This document shows, piece by piece, positions 51,495 to 61,789 of a stretch of 64,000 nt of DNA; within the stretch, counting starts at the first letter, position 1, and each line of letters opens with the position of its first letter. The notes under the pieces are model-generated. The model saw only the letters and a list, made by a program, of their open reading frames with translations. It did no database searches and was not told the DNA's origin. The stretch is from the IMG/VR virus record IMGVR_UViG_3300017971_000007. One strand, 5' to 3'. This stretch comes from a virus. Both the position numbers and the translations under genes were made by a program.

Positions 51495-51818
51495 TCACCA
51501 CAGTCCTCCTTTCTCCAGACATTGTTTTCCTTCGGTCGTGATAACCCACATTATCTTGCCGTTACAGTGTTTGAACCTCCTTTTCTTGCTGTTGTCTATT
51601 CTTTGTACAAGACCCGCGGATTTGGCTTCTCTAGCGAGTTTAGTGATAGAAACGTAGGTCATATTCCCTACCAATCTCAGGACCTCATCTGTAGTCCTTG
51701 GCTCTGTCACAGATTCTAGGAGAGCCCTTCTTCTCCTCATTCTTTCTTCTGCAGTAGGTCTTGATGTTTTCACAGTGGATATCGCATGGGATAGAGGAAC
51801 TAGTCGTCTCACCAACAT
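51495..51818 (-). CDS. Winged-helix protein (tandem paralog 1)
   Basis: RP..EE..RR..ALL.....P.T.DE...AKSAGLV...WVITTEG. Confidence 0.6.
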   Translation of the reverse strand: MLVRRLVPLSHAISTVKTSRPTAEERMRRRRALLESVTEPRTTDEVLRLVGNMTYVSITKLAREAKSAGLVQRIDNSKKRRFKHCNGKIMWVITTEGKQCLEKGGLW

Positions 51819-52129
51819 CCCTCCTTTTTCCTGTACTCAATTCCTTTTTCGGTAATGATCCATGTGACTTGAGGCCTGAAGAAGTTATGCGTTCTTACTC
51901 CCTTCGGTTTTCCCTTCACTACCAACCCCAGTTTCTTGGCCTTGCGGATGAGCCCCCAGATTCCCTCAAAGTCTAGATTCTTTATGTCCTTAGTTAGCTC
52001 GTCTTTGGTTTTCGGGGAATCGAGGGCCAGTAGAAACGCCTTCTGTCTTCTAATAACTTCCTCCTTAGAAGGTCTCGTGATTCTTAGCGGAGACGGTCCA
52101 GTCCCTTTGTTCGAATACGGTGCTCTCAT
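51809..52129 (-). CDS. Winged-helix protein (tandem paralog 2)
   Basis: RPSKEEVIRRQKAFL...PKTKDEL...AKKLGLV...WIITEKG. Confidence 0.6.
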   Translation of the reverse strand: MRAPYSNKGTGPSPLRITRPSKEEVIRRQKAFLLALDSPKTKDELTKDIKNLDFEGIWGLIRKAKKLGLVVKGKPKGVRTHNFFRPQVTWIITEKGIEYRKKEGCW

Positions 52130-52601
52130 ACCTTTTCCCTTTCTCCGTCAAAACATACTTTCTGCAACTCAATGAGTTATCAACCAGTCCCTTGTTCTTC
52201 AATCTAGCAAGTACAGATTTTAGTTTCCTTGATTCGAGCATTGTGTGAGCTTGAATTTGCTTGAACGTCATGGGCTCGTACAACACTCCCATCACTAATA
52301 ACGACCTCCTGTTCATCTCCTTCTTTCCGGCTTTGGTGAATTGCTTCTCCCTGGCCTTAGCCAGGCCGTGTAAGGTATTTATTAACTCGACCGCGAATTT
52401 TCCCATGCCCTTATCCAGAGCCTTCTTTAGGGACGCTTCTTGGATGTCGTTGAGGAGGTCACAGTGATTGAGTATTCGGATTTGTTCTACGAACCACGAA
52501 TCTGTAGGAGCGATTCCTGTAGTATTAGCAGGATTGCGTTTAAGCTTATTATTCTTTTTCTGTGTCCCGCCATTTCCTTTTTTATGAGCTCGGCCTTCCA
52601 T
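52065..52601 (-). CDS. Protein with C-terminal winged-helix domain
   Basis: VL.EPMTFKQIQAHT...LKSVLARLKNKGLV...KYVLTEKGK. Confidence 0.6.
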   Translation of the reverse strand: MEGRAHKKGNGGTQKKNNKLKRNPANTTGIAPTDSWFVEQIRILNHCDLLNDIQEASLKKALDKGMGKFAVELINTLHGLAKAREKQFTKAGKKEMNRRSLLVMGVLYEPMTFKQIQAHTMLESRKLKSVLARLKNKGLVDNSLSCRKYVLTEKGKRYESTVFEQRDWTVSAKNHETF

Positions 52602-53298
52602 TCGATGGCCTCCTCCTTGGTCTGAAATATACCTCGCTGGAAATTGATTCTGGGGGATTTTAACCCGATTTCATGGTCTGTTATCGTGTGGTCATCGAAA
52701 TCTTCTATTTCGACTTCAGTGATTTCATTATCCTCGTAATACGTTTCTATTCTGTACCAAGTTACAGTCTGTTCCATATTTTTTCGTACACCTTATCTAC
52801 GGTTTCCACGAACTTTCTCTCTCGAGCCCCTCCCTTATCCAATGCCACCAGCACCATATCTCTTACTTCGTCTAGTAGGTCCACGCACATACCTAGTATC
52901 GTCGCCTTCTCGATCTCCGATTGCAGAAGACTTGAGAGATACGTTGTCATGTCCGTGTATATTGTTCCTATGATGGTATTCATGTCACGGGCCTCATTCT
53001 TGAGGTGTTGTAGAAATAGGCACCGGAGATAGACGGATTCAAGTTTTTTCTTCTTATTTGTCTTGTTGATTCCCTCCAGATGGTCCTTTAATACCTGAAT
53101 TCCGCCATGACCCCACCCTACGAACAATTCCGATGGCATTCCCAGGAACTCGACTAACGGCATCTCCGGTCTTTCAGATACCCAGAAATTTACGTATTCT
53201 GCTATATCTTCTGGTTTTATTCGCCCCTCAATCATTTTCTCGTAGAATGTCATTTGTCCTCCTGCTTGGGTTTATTTTCTTGGTCTGGGGGATATCCT

Positions 53299-54213
53299 TT
53301 ATAGGTCATCTTCGTACCCGACGACTATTTCCGCTCTAATAGATTGTAGGTCTTTGATCATCAGGATGCATAGCTTCAGTTGTTCAAATCTCTTTGGCCC
53401 GATGCTGTGATTTTCAGCGATTGATTCCCCTCTCTCAATCCATTCATCTACGGAATGGACCTCACATCCTATTTTTACTGTGTTTGGACTGCAAATCCGT
53501 ATCAGCTCTCCCGCATTTATCATTAGGGGGCGTTGTCTCCAAATTCCTCCGTTTATGAAACAGCCGGGATATGAGCCACAGAGTAATTTAGAGGTACCTA
53601 CTATGAAACTATTGAACAGGTACGAGTTCCTTATGTCAGCATTCTGAGAAACACGAGACTGTCTGCTGATTCTAGAGAAACCGCTTATTATGGCGTAGTC
53701 ACATACTGTTGATTTCTCTTCTACCTGCACATTTCCATGAATAACGGCGTGTCCATTAATATACGAGTCGCGTATTTCCACGTTCTCTCCATCTATAATC
53801 ACATTACCGGTGATTATAGATTCACCGTTTATGGACGTCCCGTCCTTTATTATGGCTTCATCAAACACAACGGATTTCGGCCCTACAAATACCTCATCAT
53901 CTACAGATGCCGTGTTTTTCACCCACCCACCTCCCAGTGGATGTCTGTGCCAATCGGACTCTCGTTCCCTCTCAGAAAAATTACTCACGTGTGAGAACGG
54001 GACTTCTTCTCGCTCATCATCTGATTCCCAGTCAGGAGTGTAATCGAGTTTGACTTCAGAAGAATCCTTTATCTCCGTTATGGTATATGTCCCGGAATTG
54101 GGGCTGTCGAAGTATTCTAGTAATCTTTTTGGGATTCCCCCGATTGTATGGAGGATGTTTTTCGCTACCTCTGTTGGTAGCCAATGTACATCTGATTTTG
54201 TGAACGGCTTCAT
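53299..54213 (-). CDS. Left-handed beta-helix (hexapeptide repeat) protein
   Basis: HPLGGGWV..TASV...VFVGP.SVVF.EAII...INGESII.GNV; C-terminal KIGCEVHS..EW. Confidence 0.8.
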   Translation of the reverse strand: MKPFTKSDVHWLPTEVAKNILHTIGGIPKRLLEYFDSPNSGTYTITEIKDSSEVKLDYTPDWESDDEREEVPFSHVSNFSERERESDWHRHPLGGGWVKNTASVDDEVFVGPKSVVFDEAIIKDGTSINGESIITGNVIIDGENVEIRDSYINGHAVIHGNVQVEEKSTVCDYAIISGFSRISRQSRVSQNADIRNSYLFNSFIVGTSKLLCGSYPGCFINGGIWRQRPLMINAGELIRICSPNTVKIGCEVHSVDEWIERGESIAENHSIGPKRFEQLKLCILMIKDLQSIRAEIVVGYEDDL

Positions 54214-54894
54214 TTCTTCCCTCCGATAAAATCCGTGAACGGGATGCGGTAGTCCCTCAATATCCTCTTCCAGGCTCTTTTGTGAAGAAGTCTTTCTAGA
54301 GGTCCCGGCTCCCTGAATGTTGTCATCTCATAGCCGGTACTGGCTGTAGTTTTTGTTTGGAGTCCTATGGCCCTGTTGATGATTTCCAGCTCAGCTAATC
54401 TATCTTTTATTTCTCTTACTAATGCCTTTCTTCTTGCTATCATGCCGGCTGAATCGATATACGGCCTGCCTCTAATGGTCCATTGTCGGTATTCCTCGGA
54501 CGATGGAACCACTACATACTCAAATATTCTCTTCATCTCACTCCTCAGGGCTCTGATAGATTTCCTTACTTCTTTATTTCTCCTGACATGACCGGCACAC
54601 ACTTCAGTAAGTTCTCTAAGCTTTTTATTGATTTCTTGTGCGAGGCTATTTTCCTCCGTATCAGGTCTCTCTGTCTTGATTGAGCTCCCTCTATCGTATA
54701 GAACCAATCCCTCGTCGCATATAGGACAGAGTTTCCGTTCGTATTCCATACTGTCGCATATCCTTTCTCGTCCACATCAGCTTCTGTATGGATGATTCCT
54801 TTTGTGAGCGCGTATTTGGCGATAAAGACTTTCTCCTTCATTGCTTCTCCAACCAAAAAAACGAATCTAAGGCGATTATTACCCTAGATTCGTT

Positions 54895-54928
54895 TTTCTT
54901 ATACCGAAATGCCGGCGGTTATTCTTTA
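54895..54928 (-). promoter_or_regulatory. Phage promoter-like motif
   Basis: Minus strand tcGGTATAAGaaa, followed by a 5' hairpin (54856-54897), upstream of ORF 54566-54841. Confidence 0.6.
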
Positions 54929-55532
54929 AGTATGCACTCCATATAAGGTACTTTTATCCATCCGCTGAAGCCCACGGCTTTACAGAAGTGTCGGTTTTTG
55001 GGGAGCGTTGAAGTGAAACTGACCATCGAGTCCCAGTCTCCTGCCAACGCACTTTTAAGCATCGCAAGCATCTTTTGATATATCTTGTGATAGGGATGAG
55101 ATTTGTTGATAGTCGAGGCGATGTTCCTAAATACATGGAATAGGTTCTTGTTCATATTAGACATGAACAAGTATATATACGCGGCTCTCCTCTTTTCTTC
55201 CGTGCTTATGTCGATGACACGCAGACATCCTCCATCATTGTGCACAATAGCTGTTGTTTTGGCGTCAAAATTCATGTCCATTTGGATACCATTCCATCGT
55301 GGATGACTCCAATTTACGGCGCAATTCGTTAGGTCATCGTGGGTAATTTCTCTGCCTAATCGCTTTTCCATGCACGCTAAGCACAGCATCCCCTTTTCGT
55401 TACCGAATTCGGACCACAGCTCATCCTTAATCATGTAGTAGTCTGCCCTATCTATTACAGTCTTCCCACAATCATCGCACACGTTAACGTTTTTCATTAC
55501 TCCTCCCATCAGAATTTGAATTACTGACCTCT

Positions 55533-55970
55533 TTATAAGTCGGTCTTGGTACTAACTTCAAATCTTCTATTAAGAATCTTCTCGACCTCCTGTCTGGATT
55601 TCACAAATATTTCGTTTAATCCAGCAGTCATTGATTTAAGGTGCAGATACACAAGACTCCCCTCTTTTTCTTTATCCAGTCTATCATTGCACTCGACGAG
55701 TGATTTCAGTATATATCTCTGCGCGTCTAGAAGGTTGATAATTTTCAGAGATTCATCAGATAATTCAGTTTGATAACCGCGTATGATGTCGCAAAATTTA
55801 ACCTTCAGTGTATTTATAATACCTTCAACCCCCAGCAACATATCGGAGTACAATTCCGCGGCCGTTGTATCGCCATCTTCTTGTGCAGTGGTTACTTTCC
55901 TGGACAGAGAGTCCCATTCTTTTTTGGCGCATTCTAGTGCTACCAACATACCTCTAATCTCATTTTCCAT
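55533..55970 (-). CDS. Helical protein (tandem paralog A)
   Basis: Aligns end to end with 55972-56412. Confidence 0.65.
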   Translation of the reverse strand: MENEIRGMLVALECAKKEWDSLSRKVTTAQEDGDTTAAELYSDMLLGVEGIINTLKVKFCDIIRGYQTELSDESLKIINLLDAQRYILKSLVECNDRLDKEKEGSLVYLHLKSMTAGLNEIFVKSRQEVEKILNRRFEVSTKTDL

Positions 55971-55971
55971 T

Positions 55972-56412
55972 TTATCTCCTTGTACTGGTAAAGGTCCTGT
56001 CTATTCGAAATTTATTGTTAAGAAGGACCATTATTTCCTGTCCCACGATCCTGAAAATCTGGATAAGACCGTCACGCCTAGATCTGAGTGTTTGACAGAC
56101 TTGTCCATCCTGTATTTTGTCTAATTCGTCCTCACACTGCACAATCAATTTCGATACAAATTCTTTGGCGTTTATGAGGTCAATGATTTTTGAAGACTCC
56201 TTAGACAGCGGTTTCTGTTCTGTCAGAGCGTGGTCGAACTCTATTTTCAGTTCCACGATGATGTCATCGACTTCTAGTAGGGACTTGGCATGCATTTCTG
56301 CTGCTTCTGTCTCTTTTGCTTCATTGGCATCGTTTATTAGCTTTACCAGCTTTTCGTGTTCCCCGAACACTCGTTCTAGAGCTCTCAATAAGCCCGGTAT
56401 TTCATCGTTCAT
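55972..56412 (-). CDS. Helical protein (tandem paralog B)
   Basis: EI.G.L.ALE...AAE.....LL.V..II..LK..F...LS.ES.KII.L..A shared with paralog A. Confidence 0.65.
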   Translation of the reverse strand: MNDEIPGLLRALERVFGEHEKLVKLINDANEAKETEAAEMHAKSLLEVDDIIVELKIEFDHALTEQKPLSKESSKIIDLINAKEFVSKLIVQCEDELDKIQDGQVCQTLRSRRDGLIQIFRIVGQEIMVLLNNKFRIDRTFTSTRR

Positions 56413-56858
56413 CTTTATTCTCCCGGTTTAGTCTCCATTCTCGTCCACAGTTTTCACATCTAATTTCGGCTCCGTCAGGAATCGGGAACTCAGTAGAAAC
56501 CATATCCCGTTTATCGATTACATGGCTTTCCCTTCCACTCCAGATGAAAACTGCTGGCAGGCATACGCGCAGGTCTGTACTACCGCAAACACATACTTCC
56601 CGGTGTTCTTCCATGAGATTGAGGTTATGAAGTTTCATGAGGTCCTCAATCTTGAAGAGTTCCTCTTCTCCGTTGCACTTTTTTTGATCCCAGATATTTC
56701 CGTCTTTGTACAGGATTTCTCGAATAGCCTCCACTATTCCTAATAACTCCTCGTACGTGAAGATTTGTGGTGAGTATTTTGGTTTCATTTACTTCCTCCA
56801 TCAAAGTGGCCATCACAGAACCATGATTTACATGCTCTCACCTCCACTTGGTCATGTC

Positions 56859-57452
56859 TCATTGGGTGTATTTCTCCGCCCCTTGGTTTTGGACGTCGTA
56901 GAATTCCTGTTTGTGTCCCAGTTTTTCCCTCATTCTTCTCATTATATTGGATGGCAGGTAGTAGGTGAGACTTTGTCCGCTCACATTCTCCTCGCTCCAT
57001 TCACTCTCCACTAAACACATTCTCAGCTCTACTCTCGTTCCGGGGTTCGATGGAGTGAGAATCCAAGACCCTTGAGCAAGGACTCTTGCCGCCCCTTTTA
57101 CCGCATCAAATAATTTCAAGGGAACGGAACAGAAGTTAATTATCTGACTGTTACTGTCCACACCCCAATTTATCTCCACTATCATGTCTCTGTACCCTGT
57201 CCTCACCTTTGTCATGATATGGACGTAGCATCTCTCGCAGATTCTTCTAAAATGAGTTTTTATGACACCGGTCATCCATCGCGGATATGACCTCGTATCT
57301 CTTAGTAGAAGAAGAACCTGATTAATATCCGCGTTTATGAGTGTCGAGTCTTTAAATCCCAGCAGCCCGCTCTCGTGCTTCCTGTATTTATAGATGTCGT
57401 ACGCGTATTCAATAAATACCCATCTCTCGTTATTCATGAAATCGTCAAACAT
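56859..57452 (-). CDS. START/SRPBCC (Bet v1-like) ligand-binding domain protein
   Basis: I..Y.......GFK....INADINQVL.LLRD..SYPRWM...RDMIV...A.RV..QGSWILTP...GTRV. Confidence 0.7.
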   Translation of the reverse strand: MFDDFMNNERWVFIEYAYDIYKYRKHESGLLGFKDSTLINADINQVLLLLRDTRSYPRWMTGVIKTHFRRICERCYVHIMTKVRTGYRDMIVEINWGVDSNSQIINFCSVPLKLFDAVKGAARVLAQGSWILTPSNPGTRVELRMCLVESEWSEENVSGQSLTYYLPSNIMRRMREKLGHKQEFYDVQNQGAEKYTQ

Positions 57453-57817
57453 TTGTTCACCTCGTACAGGGTTTCAGCTAGTTCTTCTTTCGTGCGGAAG
57501 GAGTCGGTTGTTACTCCGAACATCAATTCCGGTTTGTCTTCGAACAGAAGATAGACAAGTTTTCCAGAGGCCGCGGCGTATCCGATTTCTACGCACATTC
57601 CTCTTCCTCCAGGCAGCAACGCGACAACAACATCTGATTTCCTCAGGGCATTCATGTCCCTGTCAAAGAATTTCCTGTCTTCCTTCCTGTAATCCTCTTT
57701 TTCTGAGGCCCTCTCTAAGTTCTTGCTGGAATAGACTTGATATCCTAGATACATCAGAAACTGCCTTATTTCGTCAATTCTTGGATGTGTATGTTTCGCG
57801 GATAAGAATATTTTCAT
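57434..57817 (-). CDS. Nucleoside 2-deoxyribosyltransferase/nucleotide glycosidase-like protein
   Basis: MKIFLSA...FFDRDMNALRKSDVVVALLPGGRGMCVEIGYAAASGKLV. Confidence 0.85.
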   Translation of the reverse strand: MKIFLSAKHTHPRIDEIRQFLMYLGYQVYSSKNLERASEKEDYRKEDRKFFDRDMNALRKSDVVVALLPGGRGMCVEIGYAAASGKLVYLLFEDKPELMFGVTTDSFRTKEELAETLYEVNKCLTIS

Positions 57818-57843
57818 TGTCTCTCCTAAGTAATGAGTTCATC

Positions 57844-57874
57844 TTTCTTATACCGAGAAGGCGCTAATTATTAG
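57844..57874 (-). promoter_or_regulatory. Phage promoter-like motif
   Basis: Minus strand taataat-N12-GGTATAAGaaa, about 30 nt before the NDT start. Confidence 0.6.
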
Positions 57875-57876
57875 CC

Positions 57877-57906
57877 AAAAAGAATAGAAGAGGGACTTCT
57901 ATTCTT
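57877..57906 (-). terminator. Intrinsic terminator after the Nudix gene
   Basis: aagaatagaag/cttctattctt stem followed by a T-run on the minus strand. Confidence 0.55.
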
Positions 57907-57916
57907 ATTCACAGGC

Positions 57917-58396
57917 CTAGGCGTGTTTCCTGAGATATGATTGTCGTAGTGCGTATTTTATGAAGGTTAGTGTCGGCGGGAATAGTTTAATGTTTCTTGT
58001 CTCATCCAGAGTAAGCCATAACCAGGTTTCGCATTTGTCCGGCTCACATTGGTTGGCGAATGTCTCTTCCTTGACTCCTATTTCAAAAAACAACGTGACC
58101 CAGTGTCCGCCATTGAATTTCCCGGAGTCGTATACAGGAAGGATGTCATGGTTTATGAAGGTAGCATCGTCAGGTGTTATGCCAGTTTCTTCTCTGCACT
58201 CCCTGAGAGCGCATTCGAATGGATTTTCTCCAAATTCCAGTCTTCCTCCAGGAAGACCCCAGCATTCATACTCGTCGAACTCGTTCTTTGGACGCAGACC
58301 GAGCAGTATCTCTTCTCCCTTCCACACCGCCAGGGATACCCCTATTCTAGGATTGCTTTGCCGGTCCGGTGTCTGTTTTGTTAGGTATTCAATCAT
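57917..58396 (-). CDS. Nudix hydrolase (NUDT15/MutT-like)
   Basis: WGLPGGRLEFGENPFECALRECREETGI Nudix box; HWVTLFF; EPDKCETWLW. Confidence 0.93.
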   Translation of the reverse strand: MIEYLTKQTPDRQSNPRIGVSLAVWKGEEILLGLRPKNEFDEYECWGLPGGRLEFGENPFECALRECREETGITPDDATFINHDILPVYDSGKFNGGHWVTLFFEIGVKEETFANQCEPDKCETWLWLTLDETRNIKLFPPTLTFIKYALRQSYLRKHA

Positions 58397-60215
58397 CTCT
58401 CCTCCTGCGAAGTTTCCCTTCTTTTATCGATAGCTCGAATCTGATGGAAGAACACTTCCGGTCTATATTTCTTAGTTTTCTCCTTATGACAGTGAGTAAG
58501 TCCTTGGTCTTGATTTCACTGTCCCCTAGCTTTTTCCTGAATTGTTCGCACTTGTCATGGAGCTCCTGGGTCAATTTCTTAGTATCTTCAGAGTCGAATA
58601 TGTCTACTTGAAACGCTGGATCGAATCTATACAAGACAATCAGGAAAACGTCATTTCTGCATGTTATTATCTGGATATCAAGCTTCTTCCACAATTCACT
58701 AATCATCGAAGGATTTGACACTTTTCTTAAACTTCTCCAAATCGGCTTCTTTTTCTTGAATACTTCCTACTTTGGCGGATAACAAGTTGTTGATTCTTTC
58801 ACAAACTTCTTCCATCCGCTCTTCGATCCGCTCTTCGATTACCGTCTCTCATTTTTCCGTATTCCGTCACTTCTTCCTCTATCTTTCCTTGAGATGGTTC
58901 CTGAAGGCTTCTATTTTTTTCACCAATTCAGGTTTTGTTCTCGGTTTCTCCAATTCCTTAATCTCATCCGCGGTCAAGGCATAGTACTCGACGTCCATTT
59001 CGTCTAGGACATCGTCTTCTTCACCACTTTCCTCCCAGTTGTTCTTCTCCCTTATGTCGAATAATTTCTCTTCGAGCTCAAAATATCTGCGCAAAGCATG
59101 TTCAGACATTCTCTCCTCCTACGGTCTGTTTGTGATGCATTGCCCACAATCTCCGCCCACCAACTTATTTCCGCATACCAGGCATCTTCCTTGTTTTTTG
59201 GCGATATTGTCTAGGATATCTTCTTTAAACAATTTGGTCAGTGTATTCAGAATAATGGGAGTATTGAGAAGACCTGGATTCTTCTCAATTTTCGACATTA
59301 TCCCCAAAATACTAGCTTTTATGTCATCCTGATTTACCCATCTCCAAGTTCCGATCCTTCTTCTCCACAATACCTTTTTATCTTCCTCTGGAATGTCCTT
59401 GTACGGTTTCTCTGACCTGATTTCGACTATCCTCGAGCACCAAATTGGCGGAGCTCCGTTCCAGATAAGTGATGCCCCTGTCAGTCCTCCTATTACTCCG
59501 TTTATGATGAATACGTCTTTTGGAGGCAGGCTCACTATTACCTCCATTTTCCTATCCAACAACGCTATGTAATGATTTACCACGGCTCTGATTTCTCCTT
59601 ATTTAAGCAGATACCTGCGCTTTTCGCGCATTCTGATACGAATGAGGCTAAATTTACTGCTTCTCTTATGTCATATGACAGGTATTTCGATACAGACAAG
59701 TCTGCTTGAGTATTAGGTCCCCATGTGGCTTTGATACCCAAGAAATTCTCAAATAGGCATGGTTGTAGGATAACAGACGGTAGTACGAGCATGTATGGGT
59801 AGTTTTTATCTTCGTGAGTTCGTATCTCTATTATTATGTCCATAGAGACGTTCTGTTTATTTAGTCCATCATTCAGGACTTTTTTAGACCCCTCTGTGAT
59901 ACTTTTGGAGAACCCTCCATCAAGAATCCTTTTTATAAGAAGTTTCATCTTATCATTTCTGCCGCAGATCACGAGATCTCTATCTATCTCCCTTTTTTCT
60001 TTCATAGTGTATTCTGAGTACACACGCTCTGCGGCCCATGACTTTTTCTTATACTTTTCGGCTCCCAATCCAATCTGTACCCCATTTTCATTCACTGGAA
60101 TAAATGATTGATATCCTCTTCTTATTACCTCCCCTATTGTTTTTTTATCTTTTCTAGTGACAACAGCACCATCTTTTTTTAATATGAACTCTCTCATTAA
60201 TCCTCCTGTATCCGT

Positions 60216-60246
60216 GAAAACCCTCTGGGATTCCCAGAGGGTTTTC
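60216..60246. terminator. Perfect 15-bp-arm palindrome, probable terminator
   Basis: gaaaaccctctggga-t-tcccagagggttttc. Confidence 0.55.
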
Positions 60247-61789
60247 TCTTATTTACTGGTTGTCTTGAAAACTAGTAAATCAGTGAAGTCACCCACTTCT
60301 ATGCGGTAAACCTTATCTCTGCGCTCGTATTTGCATTTATCTCTTTCCATTATCTCGTCCAGAGCAATCTCCGGCATTATGTCCTCTGGGTCCTCTCCCG
60401 GGAAAAGATCTTCGCAGATGGCATCCCATTGTTCATCAGGAACACTTATCAGAGCCTGCCAGATGGATGTAGGGGTTTCTGACTTTTCTGTCTCTTCTGG
60501 CTCGTTCTTGTTGTAGATAATCTCTTTCGGTATCTTCATTTCCCCTCCTCGCTCCTCAAAACTGGTATTTCGGCAGTCTCTGTTGACCTATCCCATAATT
60601 CTGGGAATACAGGAACGTACCTGGCGAAGGTCTTGTGTGATAAGATCATGGCCGGTTCCCCGAATATAAGTTTCATCCCTAAGAATGAAACTGGGACAGA
60701 CTGAATTTTGAGTCGATTAGACTCTATTGACTCAGAGACTACTGGTATATTTACCCCTCTTGTTAGTGGATCTTTCCATGATTCATGAATTTTCAGATAC
60801 GCGCCTTCGACATTCATTTGATTCAATACATTACGAGCTGTGATCACCTTCTCAGTTAGCTGATGCACTCTTTCGACCACATAAGCCCAACATTGATTGG
60901 ATAAAGGCTCGAGAATATTTTCCCATTTGGCTATAGGAAAATAAGGATTGAAGTACTCTCCTTCCGGGATTTTCATCAACTCAGTCCAATCATCTACGAC
61001 TATCTTCTCCGTGTAGTTGAATCTTGCTATGTCCCAAAATTTCTGAGGGATGAGTGGATTGGCTTTTTTGATGTACTCAATTAACTCAAATCTGTCTTGT
61101 CTCATGTATCCTCCGAGATAATTATTGTCAGTGAGCAATGAGGGCAAAAAATTCTGTTCCGTTGTCTGCTGTCTTGCCATAGATGGTATTCTCTTCCTTG
61201 TTCGGAGCATCTCGGGCATGGTAGACCGAGATCGCATATTCTCCATGCTAATTTTTCGGAGTTTTCGGAGAGAATTGTTTCAGATTCGATGCATTGCTTG
61301 CATCTCTGTACCCATCCGTTTACTTCTTCCAGGACGGTATGAGATTGCTGTTCATTGCTAGTTGGATATTTTGAGGGAAACAGTGTACATACACTGATAC
61401 TACCGGATTTTATCGTGCCTAAATACTTGCAATGCGGTCCTTGCTTCTGAAGGCACGACTTTTCCCCGCATTCTATTTCTAATGATAGATTTTTCACCAT
61501 TTTTCTCTTTCTGGTAGTTTCTCGTATATCTTGTCGCAAATCTTTTCGTAGAACAGCGCCGTCTCTATGTTTCCCTTCTCTCTGTTATCAACAGCAATGG
61601 CCTTGTTAAAGGCGTATCTTCTGATGAGCATTTTCTCGTGATTATCCTTTTCTCCTTTTTTGGGAATCTTAGACGACCAGAATTCGATTAGTTCGTCGAA
61701 GCTCATGCAGTCTAAATTAACCATCATCTTCCTCGTAGTAGAAAATCAGGCCCTGGTATACCAGGGCCTGATAACTGTATCAATTAGTC

